This document shows, one piece after another, positions 17,889 through 27,600 of a stretch of 38,177 nt of DNA. The translations under genes and the position numbers were made by a program. Positions within the stretch are counted from its first letter, which is position 1. Every line of letters begins with the position of its first letter. The notes under the pieces are model-generated. The model had not been told where the DNA came from. It saw only the letters and a program-made list of their open reading frames with translations, and made no database searches. The DNA is taken from contig CAZUBM010000003.1 in the NCBI GenBank assembly GCA_964618805.1, positions 88,749-126,925 of the forward strand, read 5' to 3'. The stretch is from an uncultured Nitrososphaerota archaeon (lineage in GTDB: Archaea; Korarchaeota; Korarchaeia; Korarchaeales; Korarchaeaceae).

Positions 17889-18210
17889 ACTCGATTCTGA
17901 GATTTGGTTAGCGAGAAAAACCGGTAGGATAATAATGGGCCTTAAGAAAGTGAGAAGATTGCTCTTAGCAGGAAACGAGAAGCCAAAGCTTATTATCCTA
18001 GCAAATAACATAGATGAAGAAGCTCGAGCTGAATTAGGGTATCTAGCAAAACTCTCTCAGGTTCCGGTATTGGTATATGAGCAGGGAAGTTTACAATTGG
18101 GTAGAGCGCTACATAAACCCTTTTTTGTCTCGGTTGCTGCTATATTAGATCAGGGTGAGTCCTCTATTCTAGAGATGGTGGAGGAGGGGGGAGGTAAAGA
18201 TTCCGAATAG
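17881..18210 (+). CDS. rpl30e: 50S ribosomal protein L30e
   Basis: KTGRIIMG, KLIILANN and SLQLGRALHKPFFVSVAAILDQGESSIL, in the canonical operon position. Confidence 0.95.
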   Translation: MSELDSEIWLARKTGRIIMGLKKVRRLLLAGNEKPKLIILANNIDEEARAELGYLAKLSQVPVLVYEQGSLQLGRALHKPFFVSVAAILDQGESSILEMVEEGGGKDSE

Positions 18211-18217
18211 AAGGATC

Positions 18218-18655
18218 GTGTTAGGGCCTAGACAATTGAACCTATTGAAAATGTTTCGATACATGACAGGAGTTGCCTCGATAGATGTGGTCATAGATGA
18301 CGAGTACGACAGGTTGATCTTCATTGTTAGCAAGGGAGATTTAGGTAGAGCAATAGGTAGGGGCGGGAGAAAGCTTGAAATAATGAGAAAAATCATTAGA
18401 AGAGATCTCGGCTACACGGTAGAAGTCGTAGAATATGATAATGATCTAAAGGGCTTCATAAAGAATTTATTGAGCCCTGCGAGAGTAAGTGAAATAGAGT
18501 TCATGGGAGAAGGCGAAGGGAAAGTAGCTTACGTCAAAGTACCAGAGGAGGACCTTGGAATAGCTATTGGGAAGGATGGAAGACGAATAAGGAGAGCAAG
18601 GTTGCTTGTAAGAAGATGGTTTAAACTCGGAAATGTTAAAATAGGCTCCTCATAA
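18218..18655 (+). CDS. nusA: Archaeal NusA (two KH domains)
   Basis: LGRAIGRGG, VEVVEY, FIKNLLSPARV and LGIAIGKDGRRI. The real start may be ATT at 18200. Confidence 0.95.
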   Translation: MLGPRQLNLLKMFRYMTGVASIDVVIDDEYDRLIFIVSKGDLGRAIGRGGRKLEIMRKIIRRDLGYTVEVVEYDNDLKGFIKNLLSPARVSEIEFMGEGEGKVAYVKVPEEDLGIAIGKDGRRIRRARLLVRRWFKLGNVKIGSS

Positions 18656-18687
18656 TCTGGTAACATTAAGTGAAAGGGTGAACAAAC

Positions 18688-19128
18688 GTGGGCAAGAAAG
18701 CACCGCTAGGTCTCTATGCTGCAAGAAGACTAAAGGAGAAGTATAAGTGGAAACGCTGGCATGATTACGAGTATAAAAGGAAGCACTTGCGTCTAAGGGA
18801 GAAATATGATCCTTTAGGCGGTGCTCCAATGGCGAGAGGAATAGTTCTGGAAAAGGTAGGTCTAGAAGCCAGACAACCACACTCTGGTCTAAGAAAAGCT
18901 GTTAAGGTCCAATTGGCAAAAACTGGAGCAATTGTATTAGCTTTTGCTCCTGGAGACGGTGCTCTGAATGTAATAGACGAACATGATGAGGTTTTAATTG
19001 CAGGAATAGGAGGATCAAGAGGTAGAAGCCTTGGAGACATACCTGGAGTAAGATATCAAGTCATAAAGGTCAATAACGTTGACCTTCAAGCTATTTTGAA
19101 AGGAAAGAAAGAAAAGCCAACGAGGTGA
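18688..19128 (+). CDS. rps12: 30S ribosomal protein S12
   Basis: [42 protein letters not shown]. Confidence 0.98.
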   Translation: MGKKAPLGLYAARRLKEKYKWKRWHDYEYKRKHLRLREKYDPLGGAPMARGIVLEKVGLEARQPHSGLRKAVKVQLAKTGAIVLAFAPGDGALNVIDEHDEVLIAGIGGSRGRSLGDIPGVRYQVIKVNNVDLQAILKGKKEKPTR

Positions 19129-19132
19129 TTTC

Positions 19133-19774
19133 ATGAGCGAGGACGAGAGTAAAGAAATTGAAGAAAAGAAGCCTCAAATCAAACTGTTCGGGAAGTGGCC
19201 ATACGAGGGCCTTGAAGTAAAAAATCCTGCTTTGAAGAAAGTGATTTGTCTTAGACCAGTTTATCTCCCGCATACCGGCGGAAGACATGAACATAAACGT
19301 TTTGGGAAGCTTAAAGTCCCTATAGTTGAGAGACTAGTTAACAGACTTATGTCCCAAGCCATTAATGCTGGTATCAAGAGGGATAGGGTGAACAGTAAAA
19401 ATCCTGGAAAAAAGCTAAAAGCCCTTAGAACAGTAAAATACGCCTTTGAGATAATCGAACTTAGAACGGGCAAGAATCCCATTCAAGTTTTCATAAAGGC
19501 GATAGAGAACGCTGCAATTAGAGAGGAAGTTACCAGGATAATATATGGAGGGGTCAGCTATTTCCATTCAGTGGATACATCACCTACTAGAATGCTTGAC
19601 CTAGCAATCAGACATATAGCTCAAGGAGCAGCTATGAAGGCCTTTAGAAGTCCTATGTCGTTAGCTGAGGCTCTTGCTGAGGAAATAATTGCAGCTGCGA
19701 ACTATGATAGGGTAAAGAGTCATGCAATAAAGAGGAAGGAGGAGATAGAGCGTATAGCTCTCAGTGCTAGGTAA
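19133..19774 (+). CDS. rps7: 30S ribosomal protein S7
   Basis: [59 protein letters not shown] ribosome-binding site. Confidence 0.98.
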   Translation: MSEDESKEIEEKKPQIKLFGKWPYEGLEVKNPALKKVICLRPVYLPHTGGRHEHKRFGKLKVPIVERLVNRLMSQAINAGIKRDRVNSKNPGKKLKALRTVKYAFEIIELRTGKNPIQVFIKAIENAAIREEVTRIIYGGVSYFHSVDTSPTRMLDLAIRHIAQGAAMKAFRSPMSLAEALAEEIIAAANYDRVKSHAIKRKEEIERIALSAR

Positions 19775-19843
19775 GTAATAATAATGTTTTATTAGGAGTT
19801 CTGTAAAAATAGGGGAGTTGTATATGGAACGAAAGGTGATCTT

Positions 19844-20086
19844 TTGAGGAGTGAAAAACCCCCGCCACCTCTATCATATCTTAAGAAGGCACATGGTAGT
19901 GAGGTTGTTGTAAAGCTAAAAAATGGCGCAGAGATCTTTGGTAGACTGGTTGTCTGTGACGACATGATGAATTTGGTTCTTTCCTCGGCGATGGAGAGAG
20001 ATCCTGAAACAAAGAAGCCATTAAGGAATGTTGGAGAATTATTCATCAGGGGAAATAACATTCTCTTCATAACCTTAGAAGAGTAG
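19844..20086 (+). CDS. Sm-like archaeal protein (SmAP/Lsm)
   Basis: Sm1 (VVVKLKNG..IFGRL...DDMMNLVL) and Sm2 (GELFIRGNNILFI) motifs. AGGTGA precedes the TTG start. Confidence 0.95.
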   Translation: MRSEKPPPPLSYLKKAHGSEVVVKLKNGAEIFGRLVVCDDMMNLVLSSAMERDPETKKPLRNVGELFIRGNNILFITLEE

Positions 20087-20124
20087 AAAGCTTCTTGGAG
20101 CCATTAACTTACAAAGAATAGGAT

Positions 20125-21420
20125 TTAGCTCGATATCAACTTGTTGAATAAGGATTTACTAACTAAGATTATGCCAAAGAAGGATACAGTTACGGTGATT
20201 AGGACAAAAAAGCTGAGTATCATTATCTTGGTGTGATATCTTGAGACTGCCTTATTTAGTGTCAAGTTAGCCTTTGAAAGCCCTGACGCTGCCATTTCAA
20301 ACAGAGAGGCAGCATTTTCAGGTTCTTGGGGTATCTTCTCCTTTATGTCTTCTGCATTCCTAAGAGCTGTTGTGATGTTTTCAATATCAGATTTGGTGAG
20401 TATCTCTGAATATTCCTCAAAAGTTTGATTCAAAGACTCCAATAAAATCGAAATTTCGTCTTGATATGCCTTCAAAATGATCTCAATAGCAGCAGCCGAG
20501 GCATTAAACGAATCTCTGGCGAGGAGAAACACAGAATTGTTCGCCTCTCGAAAGGCTTCGATCGCCTGCTTTATCCTGATTTCAGCAAATTGAATGGATA
20601 ATGATGCTTCTTCAGGGATTTCTATCTGTCCCTTAGCTGCGCTGTAAAGGGCACTAGCAAACTCTAGAGATTGATTTGCTATGAGGATTTGGTTCCAGGC
20701 CTCCTCCTCTTTGAATCCAAATTTCCTTGATACATAAATTACCACGCGATCTCTTTTCTCACCTATAATATAATTAAGAACAGCCTCTATTTCGAAAATA
20801 CCCTCCTCCCTTGGCGCAGTAAGATTGAAGTTAAGGTTACCAGATAGTTTGCTTAGACTTAGGTTCTCTACGATCACTGTATCATTTATCCTTATTGCCA
20901 GTGTTGGGTTTTCCTCTCCAGGTAAATCTTCGATGATATATGAGAGCATTAATTCAAAAGGCTCATCAGGCGTAAGATTATGCTTATTTGCGTCCATTTT
21001 AAGACCTACCTGAGGTGTTGCTTTTTCTACAAGAACATTCACTTCGTCAGATTCTAAAGTCTCTTGTTTTCCCTCATTTAAATCGTAAATTCTTACAATA
21101 GCTTTTAAGTTAGCAAAAGCTGGTGCTTTTGCTCCTAATGGAACTCTTAAGGATATTTCTTGGGAAAGATTGGTCCCAGGGGGCATCTCTAAACCAACTT
21201 CTTGTAGCGGAGTTGATCCCCAAGGAGTTCTCAACCTTACCCAGAGAACTTTAATTGGCCCGCTTTCTGGAGGATTGGATATCTTAACGGTAGTTGTGAA
21301 CTCAAATCCCGCATAAACCTTTTCTGGTATTATAAGCTCTATGTTTGGCTGAGGAATTGCTAGAACACAGCCATATGTCATTGTTAGAAGAATTAGAAAT
21401 ATTGGCAATAGATATCGCAT
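20125..21420 (-). CDS. Hypothetical exported, C-terminally membrane-anchored protein
   Basis: Signal-peptide-like N-terminus, beta-rich Ig-like first half, Ala/Glu-rich helical second half, many N-x-S/T sequons and a C-terminal hydrophobic helix. Confidence 0.75.
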   Translation of the reverse strand: MRYLLPIFLILLTMTYGCVLAIPQPNIELIIPEKVYAGFEFTTTVKISNPPESGPIKVLWVRLRTPWGSTPLQEVGLEMPPGTNLSQEISLRVPLGAKAPAFANLKAIVRIYDLNEGKQETLESDEVNVLVEKATPQVGLKMDANKHNLTPDEPFELMLSYIIEDLPGEENPTLAIRINDTVIVENLSLSKLSGNLNFNLTAPREEGIFEIEAVLNYIIGEKRDRVVIYVSRKFGFKEEEAWNQILIANQSLEFASALYSAAKGQIEIPEEASLSIQFAEIRIKQAIEAFREANNSVFLLARDSFNASAAAIEIILKAYQDEISILLESLNQTFEEYSEILTKSDIENITTALRNAEDIKEKIPQEPENAASLFEMAASGLSKANLTLNKAVSRYHTKIMILSFFVLITVTVSFFGIILVSKSLFNKLISS

Positions 21421-21509
21421 TATAAGCTCTTAGAATCATGTGCCATAAAATCTTTAAAGAGCATTTCACCATTGATTAACTTTGGTTGGAGTTAGAAAGA
21501 CAAGTCAGC

Positions 21510-23480
21510 ATGCCAGTTTTAGGGATAGATCTGCATTCTGGCTCTCCAAAATCCGCTAAACCTTGCAGATATTCTGTAGTAGTCATGAGAGATGGCAAAG
21601 TAATACTTGAGAGGAGAGGGGTTGATCTCCATGAAATCTTAAAAATAGCATCGGAGATAGGTCCCTGCATCATTGCCACCGATAACATATTCGAACTTGC
21701 TCCGAACATCTCTGGTTTAAGGAGATTTTTCCTGAAATTGCCTTCTGGCACGAAAATTGTTCAGGTAAACAAAGAAGGGACTTTCTATGAGAAATTAAGT
21801 TATGTAGCAAAGAAAGAAGGCTTAGTTATTGGGAAAAAGGCAGACTCTCTCACTGAAGCTAGGGTAGCTGCTATGCTTGCGTCGAAGGGCATAGGAAGCG
21901 AGGTCATTCTCTTCGAACCTGAATGCAGGATCGTAGTGGCACGAAATGCTAGCATAAAGAAGGGCGGATCTGGCACCAATAGATGGAGACGGATGATAGA
22001 GGCAGCGATACTCAACGAAACAAATAGGATAGCGTCCTCCTTAGAAGAGAAAGGCATTGAATACGATTTATATGTACATCAAGCAGAGGGTGGGTTAAGA
22101 AGAGCCGAATTTGTTGTATACGCACCAGAATCCAACGTAATCGATGTAGTTAAACCGAGAGAAAATGGTTCAATCAAAGTAATAATTACAAGAAAAATGA
22201 AGAGAAAGTTAGAATTTGCAGATTCTCGTAAAACTACGCAATCAAGGCCTCTAATAGTTTCCATAGATCCAGGAGCTTCTCTTGGACTTGCTATATCAGA
22301 TTTAGAGGGAAATATCTTAGCTCTTCAAACATTAAGGATGCCCTCAAGGTCGCAAATAATAGGAGAGATAATGAAGCACGGAAGGCCTGTTCTCATCACT
22401 ACGGATGTTTTTCCAATACCTGAAAGGGTTAAAGAGATAGCTAAGATCTTTAACGCTAGAATCGAACCAGCTGCAGATCTTCTGACTCTAAAGGAGAAAG
22501 AAAAGGTAGTTCAGGAATTTGAAGAAGGATCGAAGTTAAAAGCATCAACTTCTCATGAACGAGACGCTCTGGCTGCTCTACTTATAACCTATAAGAGATT
22601 AAATGTCCTCTTCAAGAAGGCAGAGGCTAGAGCTCTTGAAAAAGGAGTTCCTTTCACTATTAGAGTTAGAGAGTTGCTGGTTAAAGGAAAATCAATAAGC
22701 GAAGCTTTGGAACAGGAGCTAAAAGCTGAGTCTCCAGTACAAAGGAGAGAGGTTAAAAAAGTAAAGAGGCGGAGGTCCGCAGCTACAAGCCTCTTGCTTC
22801 AGAGAATTAGAGAGTTAGAAGACAGATTATCGTATTACGAGGAACTGATTCATAAGAAAGATGAGGAGATAGCAGAACTTATGGAACAAATCAGACAGTT
22901 AAGGGAAGAAATCAACCTGGAAATCGAGAGAGATCGAAGAATTGCCAAACGAGATGCAAGAATTAAAGAGTTGGAGCAAGAACTTAGAAGAGCAAAATGG
23001 AGAAACGAGCTACTCTTTTCTAAACTCAAAGAAATGGAGAGAATCTTAAAGGAACCCCCAACCGGTTGGATTCAGGTTTTGGTCTTTAGTAAACTTTCTA
23101 AGCAGGTTTTAGAACTTGCTGTGTCAGAAAAGAAGATAAGAGAAGGAGATGTGCTGCTCGTCATCGATGCAAGCGGTATGGGAAAAACTGCTGTTGAAAT
23201 GTTATCAGAACTAGGGGTTATGGCATTGATCTGGAAGAGAAATCCCCCACCAACAGAGGTAATTCATGAGTTGGAGAGAAGGGGCATTAATGTGATATGT
23301 GGTAGGGATATCGATATATGGTGGAGAGGAGGTATCCCCTACATCAAAGGAGAGATTTTGATGAGAGATCTTCCCGATTCTAAACAGATTTCTAGGAAAA
23401 GCAGAGTTAAACTAGAGGACATATTGAGGGAATACAGGAGTAGGATACTTGAAAATGAAGTTGGAGAAAAGGAGGGATAA
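21510..23480 (+). CDS. DUF460 / COG2433-type protein (RNase H-like folds plus coiled coil)
   Basis: VLGIDL, IIATDNIFEL, KGGSG.NRWRR, LIVSIDPG, HERDALAA and a long coiled coil. ATG at 21510 preferred to TTG at 21486. Confidence 0.85.
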   Translation: MPVLGIDLHSGSPKSAKPCRYSVVVMRDGKVILERRGVDLHEILKIASEIGPCIIATDNIFELAPNISGLRRFFLKLPSGTKIVQVNKEGTFYEKLSYVAKKEGLVIGKKADSLTEARVAAMLASKGIGSEVILFEPECRIVVARNASIKKGGSGTNRWRRMIEAAILNETNRIASSLEEKGIEYDLYVHQAEGGLRRAEFVVYAPESNVIDVVKPRENGSIKVIITRKMKRKLEFADSRKTTQSRPLIVSIDPGASLGLAISDLEGNILALQTLRMPSRSQIIGEIMKHGRPVLITTDVFPIPERVKEIAKIFNARIEPAADLLTLKEKEKVVQEFEEGSKLKASTSHERDALAALLITYKRLNVLFKKAEARALEKGVPFTIRVRELLVKGKSISEALEQELKAESPVQRREVKKVKRRRSAATSLLLQRIRELEDRLSYYEELIHKKDEEIAELMEQIRQLREEINLEIERDRRIAKRDARIKELEQELRRAKWRNELLFSKLKEMERILKEPPTGWIQVLVFSKLSKQVLELAVSEKKIREGDVLLVIDASGMGKTAVEMLSELGVMALIWKRNPPPTEVIHELERRGINVICGRDIDIWWRGGIPYIKGEILMRDLPDSKQISRKSRVKLEDILREYRSRILENEVGEKEG

Positions 23481-23523
23481 CTTTAATTACCCCTTGTAGC
23501 GGCAACTATTTAGGTGATGTTAT

Positions 23524-23691
23524 ATGCCTAGAGGTACACATGGTGCGCTAAACAAGGCAGGAAAAGTTAGATCACTCACCCCAAAGATTGAAAGAAAGCC
23601 AAGAAAGAGTCCATCTCCCAGAGTAAAGATTAGAGCAGTGTACAAGAGGAGATTTATCTTAGGCATCGAGCCTGGACAGGTAGTTAAGTGA
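23524..23691 (+). CDS. rps30e: 30S ribosomal protein S30e (55 aa, not in ORF track)
   Basis: Manual translation gives MPRGTHGALNKAGKVRSLTPKIERKPRKSPSPRVKIRAVYKRRFILGIEPGQVVK, with the HG.L.KAGKVR..TPK signature. AGGTGA ribosome-binding site. Confidence 0.96.
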   Translation: MPRGTHGALNKAGKVRSLTPKIERKPRKSPSPRVKIRAVYKRRFILGIEPGQVVK

Positions 23692-23841
23692 GCTTTGTTT
23701 TCGGGAAATCGAATTGCACTAACTGCTTTTTGAATAATTTTACGCTTAGTCTTTAGTTTGTGTTAGATTTATTAGATAACCTCGGATCTTCCTTTATTAG
23801 TTAGGTATCTTCACATATGCGATGAAGGGAGCGCGATTTCG

Positions 23842-24993
23842 TTGCAAGTCTTTGTGGTCTCTCATCCTCTTGGCTTCCTAGTTGTAGATGGGAAAAAGCG
23901 TGAAATATTCAAAGTAACATTCCCTTTAAACCCCAATGAAGCTGCAAATCGCCATCTAAGCATCAGAAAAGGAGAATATATCGAAGAACTAGCTGAACTT
24001 GTTGAATATTTGAATAATAACCCTCAAATAGATAATATCGTAGTTGATTCTAGGGATCTAAAGAATTTACTAGTTCAAAGGACTCATAAGAAAGTAACTG
24101 TCGATCCAACTGATCCAATTTTTGTTTTTTACAGAGAAAGGTCCTTAGATGTCGCAAGAAGTTTGAACTGGACTGGAGAGGAATCTGGATATAGACTTTT
24201 TCTTGTAGAGCTAGGCATTGAGCTTTCCAGAGGGCTCATAAGATCAGAACTTATGAAGAGAGATAAGCTCATAATTAGGGCAATAGATTACTTAGATCAT
24301 TTAAACAAGGCATTAAACATACTTATCCCGGCCATAAGAGAGTGGCATTCAATACACTTTCCAGAGCTTGATCAGCTTGTGGACGACCATTATACCTATA
24401 CAAAAATAGTCTCAGTCTTTCCTAACAGAAGAGAGCTTAATTTTGAAGGATTGCTTGAGTTAGGTATTAAGGAACGCTTAGCTAGGGATGTGTTAAATCG
24501 AGCTGAGAGGTCCATGGGAGGAGAGTTGAATGAGGAAGACTATCCTATCCTAGGAAATATAGCGAAGCTATGGGTTGATTTGTACGAGAATAAGGAGAAG
24601 GTGGAGAAATATCTTGAAAAGTTGGTTAGAGAGTGTGCCCCAAATCTATCTGCTATAATTCAGCCCCTGATAGTTGCCAGGCTCATTGCGATGGCTGGTA
24701 GTTTAGAGAGACTTGCAATGATGCCCTCTAGCACGATACAAGTTCTCGGAGCTAGAAAAGCTATTTTCTTGCACATGACACGAGGCACTAAACCACCGAA
24801 GCATGGTATTCTCTTCCAAGTAAAGGAGATAAGGAATGCACCAAAGAAATTGAGAGGGAAAATTGCTAGGATCATAGCTGCAAAGGCTGCTTTAGCATCA
24901 AGAATAGATGCTTTTGGAGGGGAGTTTATAGGAGAAAAGTTGAAAAAAGAGATAGAAGAAGAAATTAAGAAAGTTAAGGGGGTAAAAGATTGA
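23842..24993 (+). CDS. nop5: C/D box RNP protein Nop5 (Nop56/58)
   Basis: REWHSIHFPEL, APNLSA, LAMMPSSTIQVLGARKAIF and PPKHGILFQ. Overlaps the fibrillarin start. Confidence 0.96.
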   Translation: MQVFVVSHPLGFLVVDGKKREIFKVTFPLNPNEAANRHLSIRKGEYIEELAELVEYLNNNPQIDNIVVDSRDLKNLLVQRTHKKVTVDPTDPIFVFYRERSLDVARSLNWTGEESGYRLFLVELGIELSRGLIRSELMKRDKLIIRAIDYLDHLNKALNILIPAIREWHSIHFPELDQLVDDHYTYTKIVSVFPNRRELNFEGLLELGIKERLARDVLNRAERSMGGELNEEDYPILGNIAKLWVDLYENKEKVEKYLEKLVRECAPNLSAIIQPLIVARLIAMAGSLERLAMMPSSTIQVLGARKAIFLHMTRGTKPPKHGILFQVKEIRNAPKKLRGKIARIIAAKAALASRIDAFGGEFIGEKLKKEIEEEIKKVKGVKD

Positions 24994-25673
24994 TTAGAGC
25001 TGATGCAAAGTTTCCAGGAGTATATTGGGTACAAATAGGGAGAAAAAGGAGGAATTTAGCCACTAAAAATTTGGTTCCAGGATTTAGAAGTTATGATGAG
25101 CGAGTCATAAGGGTGAAGGGCGAGGAGTACAGGATATGGAATCCAGAAAGATCCAAACCAGCTGCCGCTATACTAAAGGGATTAAAGGATTTCCCAATTA
25201 GGTCAGGATCTAGGATACTTTACTTAGGAATAGCTTCCGGCACGACAGCCTCTCATTTTAGCGATATAATAGGGAAGGATGGGTTGATCTTTGGAGTTGA
25301 GGTCTCTGAGAGAGTAATGAGGGAGCTCATCAATGTTTCTGCTGCTAGAAAGAACATTATCCCTATTCTAGCCTCTGCTAGATCACCCGAAAGTTATGTC
25401 GATGTTGTTAGCATGGTCGATGTGGTTTATGCTGATGTTGCCCAACCAGATCAAGTCGACATCCTCATCAAGAATTGTAACATATACCTTAGAAAGAAAG
25501 GATATGCTATGATCGCTGTTAAAGCTAGTAGTATTGATGTGACTAAACCTCCAAAAGAAGTATACAGGATTGCAGAGGAGGAGATAAGAGGGGCTGGATA
25601 TGAGATCATTCAAACTGTAGAACTATCGCCTTTTGATAGGAAGCATGCAGTAATCCTAGCAAAGAAGAGTTAG
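24990..25673 (+). CDS. flpA: Fibrillarin-like rRNA/tRNA 2'-O-methyltransferase
   Basis: YRIWNPERSKPAAAI, ILYLGIASGTTASH, DVAQPDQ, KASSIDVT. Confidence 0.97.
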   Translation: MIRADAKFPGVYWVQIGRKRRNLATKNLVPGFRSYDERVIRVKGEEYRIWNPERSKPAAAILKGLKDFPIRSGSRILYLGIASGTTASHFSDIIGKDGLIFGVEVSERVMRELINVSAARKNIIPILASARSPESYVDVVSMVDVVYADVAQPDQVDILIKNCNIYLRKKGYAMIAVKASSIDVTKPPKEVYRIAEEEIRGAGYEIIQTVELSPFDRKHAVILAKKS

Positions 25674-26347
25674 GTGAAATCTTCAAGCGTTTTTGATCTG
25701 CTTCCTTCGTTCATCTTCAAGTATGTTTGCCAAGATCTCCTGACAATTGGTGGAATCTCGTTAGATGTTATCAAGCTTGCTAAGAATTCTCGAGTCCTTT
25801 CATCACTCGGATACCCTGATCCAAAATCTCCGTAGATTTCCCTTAGTCTTTCTATTTCCCGATCTCTTACAACTTTAGCCACGATCGATGCGGCGGAGAC
25901 CAATGGATATTTCTTATCTGCAAATGGCTCTGCTACGATATCAATTCTCGAACCATATAGAAACCTGAGTAGCGTCTCAAAGCTTCTTGGCTTAGATTGC
26001 GGGGCATCTACATATACAACAGATGCCCTTGTTTTCTTCAATAGTTCGACCATAATACGTGCTTCAAGGTAATTAAGTCCCCTCCCTGAAAGTGCCCGAT
26101 CTATTTCGGACGGTTGGACCTTCCTCACTAGGACACTTGACGCGGTTGAGCAGATCTGACTGTACAATTGCTCTCTGGACCTTGGTGTTAGAAGTTTGGA
26201 GTCTTTAACACCAATATTCAACAGCTCGTGCTCTCTATCAGAGGGAATAGTGATGCAGGCGATAACTAATGGGCCTATAACCGCCCCTCGGCCAGCTTCG
26301 TCTATTCCTGCTTTTAGAGTGAGTTTTTTAGAGTGTTTTATTTCCAT
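25670..26347 (-). CDS. rnhB: Ribonuclease HII
   Basis: GIDEAGRGAVIGPLV, VKDSKLL, VSAASIVAKV, FGSGYPSD and C-terminal PIP-like KTLEDF. Start is uncertain (26347, 26356 or 26368). Confidence 0.97.
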   Translation of the reverse strand: MEIKHSKKLTLKAGIDEAGRGAVIGPLVIACITIPSDREHELLNIGVKDSKLLTPRSREQLYSQICSTASSVLVRKVQPSEIDRALSGRGLNYLEARIMVELLKKTRASVVYVDAPQSKPRSFETLLRFLYGSRIDIVAEPFADKKYPLVSAASIVAKVVRDREIERLREIYGDFGSGYPSDERTREFLASLITSNEIPPIVRRSWQTYLKMNEGSRSKTLEDFT

Positions 26348-26372
26348 CTTTGGCAATATATCGGTCAATCCT

Positions 26373-26380
26373 TTTTAAAA
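26373..26380. promoter_or_regulatory. Palindromic TATA box shared by divergent rnhB and trm1
   Basis: TTTTAAAA centred about 25-30 nt from both ATG codons (26347 and 26401). Confidence 0.5.
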
Positions 26381-26400
26381 GAGCATAAAGGAATTTCTTG

Positions 26401-27600
26401 ATGGAAGAAAGAGTTTCAATAGACCTAAAGCTGTATACTGAAGGAAGGGCAAAGTTCTATGCAAGCGATTTAGATAAGCTCAAAAGACTTGGTCTCGATT
26501 ATACGAATGCAGAAGTCTTCTACAATCCAAAGATGGTAGTAAATCGGGACATAGCTGTCGCAGTTCTAAGATTGCTTGTTTCAGAGGGCAAAGATACGGC
26601 ATTGGACTTAATGGCTGCAAGCGGAGTAAGAGCATTAAGATTCGCATTAGAAACAGAAGTTTCAAGAATTCTTGCTAACGATCGCAATCCTCTATGTGCT
26701 GCAATTATACAAAGAAACGTACTGCTTAATAATGTCAGAGAAAAAGTCAAGGTCTCTTGCGATGATGCAAATTCTCTTGCAGAGAGGTTATGCACTCAAG
26801 GAGATAGGTATTGGTTCGTTGATCTAGATCCTTTTGGGTCTCCCATTCCATTCCTATCATCGACATTAAAAGCAGTTAGAAATGGGGGGGTCTTAGCTGT
26901 AACGGCGACAGATGAACCCCCTCTATTTGGTATAAAGAGAGATAAGCTCCTAAGAGCTTATGGTGTTTGGGGTAGAAAAACTGATTACTGCAAGGAGTTT
27001 GGATTAAGAGTTCTAATAGGGTACATAGTTAGAGAGGCAGCAAAACGTGATTTAACGGCGAGACCATTAGTAGGCCATGTAACTGGACATTATGTTAGAG
27101 TCTATCTGTCCATAGAGAGGGGGGCTAAGAAAGCCAATAACCTCCTACGTGAAAGTATGGGTTGGATAGAGCATTGTCCAACTTGTGGAAACAGAAGCTT
27201 CATCAAAGGAATGTCTGAAATCCCAGATAAAGGGTTTTGTACTGAATGTGGAAGTAAGTTAATCCCAATGGGACCTCTTTGGATAGATGACTTCGTAGAT
27301 GTTGAAGTAGGAAAAAAGATATTGGAACTCATTCCCAAAGAAAGCATCGGTTTTAAGGAATCCGGTAAAATCCTAGCTACGTTAATTGAGGAATCGGGAC
27401 TTCCTCCTTTCTTTTATTCCTTAGAAAAGGAGTCAAGCGGGCTTAAGCTTCCAACCCCCTCAACTCGCGATGTTTTAAGGGAATTAAGGTCCTTGGGGTA
27501 TAAGGCTGTCCGTTCTCACATAAATGAGAAGGGAATTAAAACAGATGCCCCTCTTTCCCAACTGAAGAAGATAATTAATCGTCTATCAAGTAAGACGTGA
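26401..27600 (+). CDS. trm1: tRNA (guanine-26-N2)-dimethyltransferase Trm1
   Basis: VFYNPKMVVNRD, AASGVRALRF, VDLDPFGSP, LAVTATD, GPLW, IKTDAP and an internal CxxC...CxxC. Confidence 0.96.
   Translation: MEERVSIDLKLYTEGRAKFYASDLDKLKRLGLDYTNAEVFYNPKMVVNRDIAVAVLRLLVSEGKDTALDLMAASGVRALRFALETEVSRILANDRNPLCAAIIQRNVLLNNVREKVKVSCDDANSLAERLCTQGDRYWFVDLDPFGSPIPFLSSTLKAVRNGGVLAVTATDEPPLFGIKRDKLLRAYGVWGRKTDYCKEFGLRVLIGYIVREAAKRDLTARPLVGHVTGHYVRVYLSIERGAKKANNLLRESMGWIEHCPTCGNRSFIKGMSEIPDKGFCTECGSKLIPMGPLWIDDFVDVEVGKKILELIPKESIGFKESGKILATLIEESGLPPFFYSLEKESSGLKLPTPSTRDVLRELRSLGYKAVRSHINEKGIKTDAPLSQLKKIINRLSSKT

Noticed and set aside
23692-23841. C/D box sRNA or kink-turn in the nop5 leader (CTTCA...GCGATGAAG hairpin)
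   Set aside because: A C-box-like GATGA is present but no correctly placed CTGA or GA partner was found, and the stem is only about 6 bp.
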